Shown here: piece by piece, positions 24,101 to 33,100 of the stretch | How the letters are laid out: each line of letters begins with the position of its first letter | Numbering within the stretch: position 1 is the stretch's first letter | Assembly: GCA_964450015.1 (NCBI GenBank) | Contig: CAYVEU010000002.1 | Location: forward strand, 1-34,662 | Length of the DNA stretch: 34,662 nucleotides | Origin: an uncultured Christensenella sp. | GTDB lineage: Bacteria; Bacillota; Clostridia; Christensenellales; DTU072 | Direction of reading: 5' to 3' | Position numbers and translations under genes: made by a program | The notes under the pieces: generated by a model | Seen by the model: only the letters and a program-made list of their open reading frames with translations | Told to the model about the DNA's origin: nothing | Database searches by the model: none

Positions 24101-27100
24101 CTGGTTTGCGTATTGCGACTTAGACTCGTATTACGTCACCCAAGGCAACGAAGTAACTCGTACCAGACAGCGCGTATATCTGTACGTAAATATGCCGAAA
24201 GTGCAATACGAGGGAATAGAATACGGCGTACAAAATATAGAAACGAAAAACGGTAAGAAAAACCTGATCGTAGTAGACCCGTACGACGACCCGATGAATT
24301 ATAACCATATATTCAAGTTCCCGACCGACGGATTGCGCGTGTATTTCAGCGAAACGTACCAAGATTTTGCGGACGTGAAGTTCAATCTTTTCAAGACGAA
24401 CGGCGAGCTCAAAACGAGCGATATTAAAGAAATTTATTACGACGAGCACGGCGCCGATTCCATGTACGACGAATGTATAAACGCAGACGGAACGATGTAT
24501 ATCGAAGCGTATATCCCCGGCTTCCGTCCCATAAACGGACTAAACGACGGCAGCAGAATAGGGTTGCCGATATATCTTAAAATTCTGCCTAAAATCATAG
24601 CGGAAGTAGAAATCGAAAACGACGCGTACGACGCCGACGGCAGGCTCGTGGGCGGCACGCGGCTGCCCGTCTATTATATAGACCCGTACAACGACGCTAC
24701 GTTCGCGCTTCCGTATAAGGCGTGGATAAGATTCCAAAACGACCCCGAGGGAGAGTTCGGCGAGCACATGATAAACGGCTGGTCGTTGGTAACCGACGAC
24801 GGCGCTATACCGCTTAACGACGCGAAGGATTTCTACTCGCGGACGAGCGAACGGTACGACAACGTTTCGTACGGCTTCTACAAATCTTCCGGCGGCAGTT
24901 ACGCCGGAGCAATTTATACCTTGCAAGGGCATATTACCATCGGCAAGACTATGACGGGAGGCGAAGTAGGCAAGCAGACCTTTAACGTTTACGTTATCGT
25001 ACTAAACCGCTCGCTTCAAGAAAAATACTACGTATCCCACCGCTTCACCGACCCGTTGGGCGGCTTGTTGCAGGATATTCCGAGCGAGATTTCCGAGGAC
25101 TTCTTCGTGGATTACGACAGCGACTACGCGTCTTTGGCTGTTGAAAACGGGTTTATGAAGTATTCCGATTTCAGCACACCAACCGTGCCGGCGATAAACT
25201 GGGAAGTTTACAATTCTCAAAGCGTAATAGACCCGCTCGGCGGCTTCGATAAGGAAATAGAGGGCAACGTATACACGTGGTCGAACGCAAAGAGCGCGTT
25301 GAAAAGCAAAGCGCAAACGGATATAGACGCAAAATTCGAAACGTTGACGAGAGCCCGTATATTCGACGCGTGCTTTACCGACAGCGGCAATCCGCAGGCG
25401 TATTTCGTCAACGCCGAACCTTTCGTTCAAGTGGCAAAAACTGTCGAAACGCAAACGGCGTACGCTACTTACAAACTAACCGTAACGTACCTATCGAGCG
25501 ACTCCGACGAGGAAATGAAACAGCTGGGAAGTTACCTTGCCAACGGCTTGCTGAACGAGATAATGGCGGAATACGGTTCCGCAACCGACGCGGAAAGGAC
25601 GGAAATTCTCTTCAACAGATTAAAAGAGAACTATAAAAACTCGCAAAATTCACGCGACCGGATTTATGCCGCGTGGTTGACCGTATACAACAATTATAAG
25701 GCGGCCGGCAGCGACTACAACGCGAACGTAAGCGCTTATCAACAGCTTAAAGCGGACGTGTACGATACCCTTATAAAAGACTTGCACACCAAAGACCTTG
25801 CCCGTATTACGGATAGGATACGCCCGTCTATCGAAACGAGCCTGCTTCCGTATAAAAACGCGGCGTACTGGGACGAGATTTACGAGCGTTCTTCCGACGC
25901 GGAAAGAGCGCAAATGGAAAGTATTTTGAACGGAACGACGGAAACCGCTAAGTCTAACGCGTATACCGTTTACATGCAGCGGCAAACCGTAATGCGCGGA
26001 AATATCGGCGAAACCGTCGGCGCGAGAATAACGGCGCCTACGATGAAAGTCGTGGAAGTTTATCAAAATTCGGGACTGGCGGGCAGCGGCAGCCGTATAG
26101 AGATAACCGAATTTTTATTCAACCAATACACCACGATAGCGTTTTTAAACGACGTGGACGTCGAAACGGTAATAAGCTATAAGGAAATACTTGACGAGTA
26201 CATAGCGGCGGCGCTCGAAAAAGCGTTGGACAACTACCGCGCGCAAAACCTCGAAGCGTCCTTGAAAGAATACGTTTACCGCAAAACCGCGGAATACGTC
26301 AATCAGGCTATTCCTACGCAAAAGAACGACGCGGGCATAAGTTCGCCGATATTCGAATATACCTACGGCAAAGAAGAGTCCGTAAACGGCGAGTTTGCGG
26401 GGTACTGGAAAAAGTTGTATTCCAATGCGACGGCGGAAACAAGTTCGCGGTTGAGCAATTTGAAGAAAGCGTACGGAAACGTTTACAATAAGGCTATTTT
26501 TGACGAAATAATCGCGTATCACCAAGTTTTGGACGATACGATAACGTCGGACGGCAAGACTATCAAAGTCACGGAGTACGTCGAAGAAAAGATTATAAAA
26601 ACGTACGGATATAACAAAACCGCGTTCGACGCGTACGAAGCTTTGATGCTTAAACGCGATACCGAGTTGTTGGACGCAATCCGAGCCGAAGTTCAAAAGT
26701 CGGTTGACGCGTCGCTCGCCGCATTGTTGGCGGGCAGCTCGCTCGACGTCGGGTTTAACCCAACCTTGTCTGCGTTCGGCACTCGCGGCACCATATTCAG
26801 CACAATGTTCGGAGCGGAAGCCGACGATATGTACGACTTGTTGCTTGCAAGCTTCGGCGGTACGGGCACGAATTTCGGTCAGGCTATCGAAACCGTTTAC
26901 AGGAATACGACCGGCGGCAAGGGCGCGGCGTTCTTTGCGATATTGAGAGAGAATAACAACATAAGTACGGAAATAACGGGACGCGCGACGAATATTTACA
27001 ACTGGAAATTGGGCGGCGCTAAGGCGTTCGACGCGTTGGAAGCGGACCCGTCCGTTATAGGACTTACCAATCAGGAACTTACCGCGTTAGTCGATATAAC

Positions 27101-30100
27101 CAAAGGAGTAAACGAAATCGGTTACGAGGCAAGCTACAACGACGCGTTCGATTCGACCGATTTTGCGTCGTTCAGAAAATCCGTGGTATTCGACAGGCTG
27201 CGAAGCGGACTGAGCGGCAACTACAAAACGGCGCTCGACAATCTCTACAACGAGGCGGTGCAGGGCACGTTGGCGAAAGCGTACCAAACGCTCTACCAGA
27301 AGGGAGATACCGCGGTTCGCAACAATTTGGACACGATGCGTCAAAACCGCGAAGATTTCGACCGCAAGTCGTTCGTAGCGTTCGTTGCTTATTACGAGCA
27401 AGAGGGCGAAAAGATACAAAGCGGCGTAGATAATACCAAGACCTATCAGGCGGCGCGCGACGTCTTCTACGCTTCGAAGACTATTTGGAACGAGCTTAAT
27501 ACCGATTCCGCGTTTACGCCGTATAGGCAATTCTTGTCCGCGACCGACGAGGCGGCGGCAAAGCAAGCGGGTATAAAAAAATACCGCGATACTTTCGCTA
27601 CCGACGCCGAAAAAGCCGCGATAAATTACTGTTTGGCGATTTACGGCGACGGCGCTTACGACAAACTTTCGGAACGCAAAGAATACGGTGCGAGCTTTGT
27701 CGAGGGAATAGAAAACTCTTACTATTTCGTATGTCTTGCGGAAATGACAGCGAAAGTCAGGACGGCGGTAGAAGCGAGCAATCCTTTCGACGGCGTGAGC
27801 GAGAGCGATTTCACAGATTACGGCAACGAGATAGAAACGTATTTGTACGCGGTACGCGGAAGCTACACGACGTCGGCAAATCAAAACGTGTACAACAAGA
27901 AGCGAGAACTTGCGTACGTCAGATTTATCGAAAAATTGACCGAGGGCGCGTTGAAGCCGTACTACGACAGGGTAAACGCGGTAGAATCCGACGGTTTGGC
28001 AAAAGGACTTACCCTTGCATACGATAGGATATACGCCTACGACGCGGACGAATTGAACGAGGTGCTGCTCGCAATATACAAGGAATGGAGAGAGGACAAC
28101 CCCGATCAGGCGAAACTGGGCGCAAACGAATACGCGGCGTTCAACGAACTGTTGACCAATGACGAATTGCAAAATTATTATTACGCGATAAACGAGATTG
28201 CGGACGAAAAAGGCTGCGAGGCGGTTTATGACGGACTGGCAACGTTCGGCTTGAAAAACGACGTGGATACGGTTGCTCGGGCGGCGTTTGAAAATGTTGC
28301 GACCGTTTACAACGGTTTGCCGTCCGGCGTCAAGAGCAAGTTGAATACGCAAATCAGCGCGGGATACTTCGTAAAAGGCGAGAGGGAAACCTATTCCGAC
28401 AAAGTTTGCGGGTTTGTTTCCGCGTACGCGACATTGGGCAGTACGGAATGGAGCGACCAAGAGGTTCTGACTGCCGCAAACAACCTAATGACGGCAATTT
28501 ACGAGACGGCGTGCTCCGTTGTGAAAACGGACGAAACGACCTTGAATATGAGCGACGGCGACAAGCTTTTGATTACGGCGATAGAATTTGTCGAGGGCGA
28601 AAAGGCTTATAGACAAACTAATAAACGCGACGAAAAAGCCGTTACCGTCAAGACTGCGGCGGGCGTTCTTACCGTAATAAGCGCGGTATCCGACGGCGCG
28701 AGCGAGGCGTATATAGGACTTCCCGTTACGACCGCAGGGAAAAAAGCGGAGTTTGTCAAGATCTTGTCCGAAGTTTTGGCGGATTGCGGCTATAAAAATG
28801 CGGCGGATTATATATTGGCTGCGGCGGCGGAGAACGGCGAAAAGTATCTTGCGTTCAATCCCAACAAAGACAGTTCCGACTACGACGAGGAATTGGAGCA
28901 GGAGATCATAGCCCGCTTGAAAGTTACGTCGGAATACGGCAATTTGGTCAACGGCAACGGCGAGCTGAAATACACCGGACTCAGCGACTATATAAGCGAC
29001 GTCAGACAAAAAACGAGCGCGTTTATAAACGGACTTCGGGAGGGTTACACGTTGCCCGTCGACCCCACGGACGAAGATTACGAAAATCTTTTTGCCGCGA
29101 TAGTCGGCGACAAGACGGAATACGTTACTTTCTACACGGAAGACAGCGTTGACGGCTTGGGCGCGGACGCCAACCGCAGGATAGTGATTTTCGACAAACG
29201 CGCGTTCGAAAACGACCCTCAAATAACGCAAGGACAGTACTACGTTTACTTCGGCAATGCCGCAAAACTTGATCTCAGCGACGTTTCTCAGTTGAAAAAC
29301 GACGAGCGCGTCAAGAGCAAACTGGTTACCTACAAGTATTTGGGCGCCGGTCAAATCGATACGCTTTACGTCGATTTCTACGGGGATACGACGATAGATT
29401 TCGCAAAGCTGAACGCGCAGGATACCGACCCGAACAGCGAAAATTACGGCAAGAAGGGCAACGGTATCGATAAAATCTTGGTGACGTACAACAAGTTGAA
29501 CGCATTCGAAATAGATCCGCTCGCTCCCGTCTTGCCTAGCAGAGTGAGAGTATACGGCGTTTACACGTTTACGGAAACCATTAAACTTGCGGGCGGCGCG
29601 ACAAAAATACTCAACGACCAAAAGCAAGTCTTGGACCTCGGTATGATGGCGGTAGCCGAGTACGGCGAACTGTTCTACGACAGCGTTTACGACGGGCAGT
29701 CGGGCGAAAAGTCGTACTCGATAGTTTTGGAAGGCAACGGGCGCACGAGAACCGTTTCGAATATATCCGTCAGCTATCCCGACAGGCGTATCGACAAAGT
29801 TTATTTGGACGACGACTGGTACGGCGGCGTTATAGACGGGACGAACAGCAATTTGTACAACCTGTACGACAGGGACAGGGGCGTCAACGTCATAAAAATA
29901 GATCCCGTAAGGCAGGAATTTTTAGACGTTTACGAGCACAATTATTTGATGCCCGAAAAGATTACGGTCAGATACCGTGCAGAGTATGACTATATGGCGG
30001 AAGAAGCCGAATACGAGGATATAGAATGGGATATGGACGGCGTAGCTTATTCGCTTGACGGACTTTCGGCAAAACCGATCAGACCCAAAAAGTATCGGAT

Positions 30101-33100
30101 AAGGCAGATAGAAAACGGCGTCGAGACCATTCGATTGATAGAATTCGTCGACGATACGGTTTTGATAACGGTGATAGACATCGACGGCAACAAGTTGGGC
30201 GATACGCTAATATTCAACGGCGTGCCCGACAAGACCGTTTGGAATTTGGAACTGGATATAATATCCCGTACCCCCCGCGAACTCGTAGACAACAACGGCA
30301 AAGTGCTGGGAGTGTATTCGGAGAAAGACAAATATATCGACGTAACCCCGTCGGCGTACAGCCTCAATCCATACGATATAATCTATCCGAGTACCGTTCG
30401 TCTGAACTTAAACAACAACAGTCAAACCTCCGCGCTTGCCGCCGACTGGCAAATAGCCGCGGGCGTTACGGGCGAAGGGAAATTGCAAAGTATAATGAAC
30501 GGAACCGCTATCGACAAGCACCTTGTGGCGACGTTCGACTACTTGGGCTATCAAATAAGCGTCCGCTTTGCGACCGACGACATAAGTTTGGGCGTTGCGC
30601 AAAAAGATTACGTAAACGGCGGAATAATCTATTTGGTTGCGGATAGGACATTGGCGGCGGAGCAGTTGAGCAACAGCTATCCTTATTTCTACTACAACTT
30701 CGACGTGACGACGGACGCATATCTCAAAGTCCCGCTCGGATTCAGCGATTCCAACGTCAGAGGCATCGACACGAGCAAGGCGGGTATATACTACGACGTC
30801 AAAGGCTGTTTAGGTTGGGATAAAGAGAAATATCCCAATATGACGCTCGTAGACAATATCAGCTTTACGATTCAAGTTATCGACCCCGTAGCGTATGCAA
30901 AACTCGACGGAGACACCAACAGGTTCGTGATTTACGATTACGTATCCGCACCTTACGACGGCAACTTCCACAAGCGTACCGACCCGAACGAGCCCGACGG
31001 CTTCGACGAATTCGTACACTTCGGACTCAACGGCGAAGGTTTGAATTTTGCAATAGACAAAGATTCGATAACGTACGACGTTCTCGGCGGTACGGTGTAC
31101 TTCCGTTGTAAGTTCGACCTAAACGGCGGCGGTACGGTATTCAACCCGTCTTCTTACAATCGTTTGGCTGGCAGCGAGACGGGAAGTCAAATCGTAACGT
31201 TCAGAGTTGCCGTTCCGTTCAAAGGTTATCTGTATACGGGCGTCAGCGAAGTTTACTTCGATAAGGTTCCCGTAAAAGACGGTTTGGGCAACGATATATG
31301 GAAATGGACGAAAGTTGACGAACACGACGCAGCGTATTGCGACGCCATAGTTTGGACGCTCGGGCGCACGATGAAAGCGAGCGACTTACCGCAAGCGTAT
31401 ACAGAACGCGGCGAGAAAATAAGTTTAACTTGGGACCTTACCGGCGTCAACGTCAACAAGGCTACGGGATTAAGCGAAGGGTATAAAGCGATTGCTTATT
31501 ACTACGACGCGGACGGAATTTGGCAAAGCGCGACTTTGACCGTATATATCGAAAAGCAAAATATCTATCAGCAGGTGCTCAACGCTGTCGGCGGCAGCTT
31601 GGTCATAGAAAAGACTTACGACGGCAATCACTACCGTTCGCCGTTTGACCCGAATGCCGACGAGATGAAAGTTTTGAGAGAGGACGGTTCTTACGGCGCG
31701 CTTATGGAAACCAGCGTGGATTATAAGCCGGTGAACAAACCCGACTGGGAATATTCCCAAACGGATTATCCGCTAAACGCGGGCGATTACAACGTACGTA
31801 TACGCATAATGGAAGACTACAACGCGACTATGGGCGGCGAGCTCGTGTTGACGTTGCGCGTAAACCCCGACGTTGTGCACGCGGTGCTTTTGAGGTTCGA
31901 CAGCGAGCAGGGCAGCGGAAAAATCGCCTACGTCTACAACGGCGAAGCGCGCGAACTTACCGCCATATCCGGTATGCCCACGGTAAAGGTTGAAAACTGG
32001 TTCGAAACGAGCGCGGACAAGGCGGCGCTGGTAAACGCACAGCGCGGAGAGGGCGTAAAAGAAAACGCGGCAAAGACGGCGGCGTACAACGTTCTATACG
32101 AAGCCGTTACGCAGCCGACCAAGGACTATATGGATAGGTTAATACGGCAAGCGGAAGCCGAGCACGGTTGGAAGAACGACGAGCTCTACGCGTCCGTGTG
32201 GGACAGCCTCGCGCCCGCTTTGGAAATTTGCGAAGTCGTCCAACGCGCTACGTACATGGGCGACGTGATGTTGGCGGAAGCGCCGACGGACGTCGGCGTC
32301 TACACCGCGTGGTTCGACGTTCGTCCCGAGGACAACAAAGGCAACTACGTTTTCGATACGGATAGACTCAGCTTTACTTTGACGATAACCCAACCCGAGG
32401 TAACGTACAGCCCGATGGAAACCGAACTCGTTTACAACGGCAGGGCGCAAAACCCGAAAATCAACGGCTTGCACGACGCAGACGGCAGACTGCCTGCGGG
32501 AGTAACGATTACTTATACCTATAAGTACTACGTAGGCAATGCGGAAAATATTTTGGTAAACGGAATAACCAACGTGGGTACTTATACCTGTTCCGTCAAA
32601 ATAAGCGGCGGAGTCAACTATCCCAACGGCGAATTGAGCGAATTTACCGTCAAAGTCCTGCCCAAAGACTTGTATATCGATATTCCCGTCAAGCTCCTCG
32701 CGGAGTCGCTTGCGGAACTTGCCGAAATAATGACGCTTTTAAGACAAGAACTTGTCGGCAAGGTCGACCCGACCGTCATAAGACCCGAAATAATCACAGG
32801 TATAGGCAACGGTACGACAAACGCAGAGACGGTTGCCGAACTGTTCAATACGTACATGACGGGCGACGCGCTCAAAGATACGCTCGATTATATCGCTGAA
32901 AAGGTCAGCTCGGAATATATAAGGCTGCTCGCGGGCGAACTGGGCGGAGGCGAAGGGGCGTATCTCGACGATCTCGCCGACCTTATCGATCGCAGAGGCG
33001 GCAACGGCGTATTGACCGAGATAGCGGTATATATCTTGCGCAACGGCGGGGAAGAGTACCTCGGCATACTTGCCGAGAACGTAGTCAACGTAGTAGGTTC

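Noticed and set aside
14500-33085. Helical insertions as inteins, or the protein tips as diversity-generating retroelement targets
   Set aside because: No intein C/S...HN junction or LAGLIDADG motifs were noticed. There is no reverse transcriptase or template/variable repeat pair in the window, although a remote DGR cannot be excluded.
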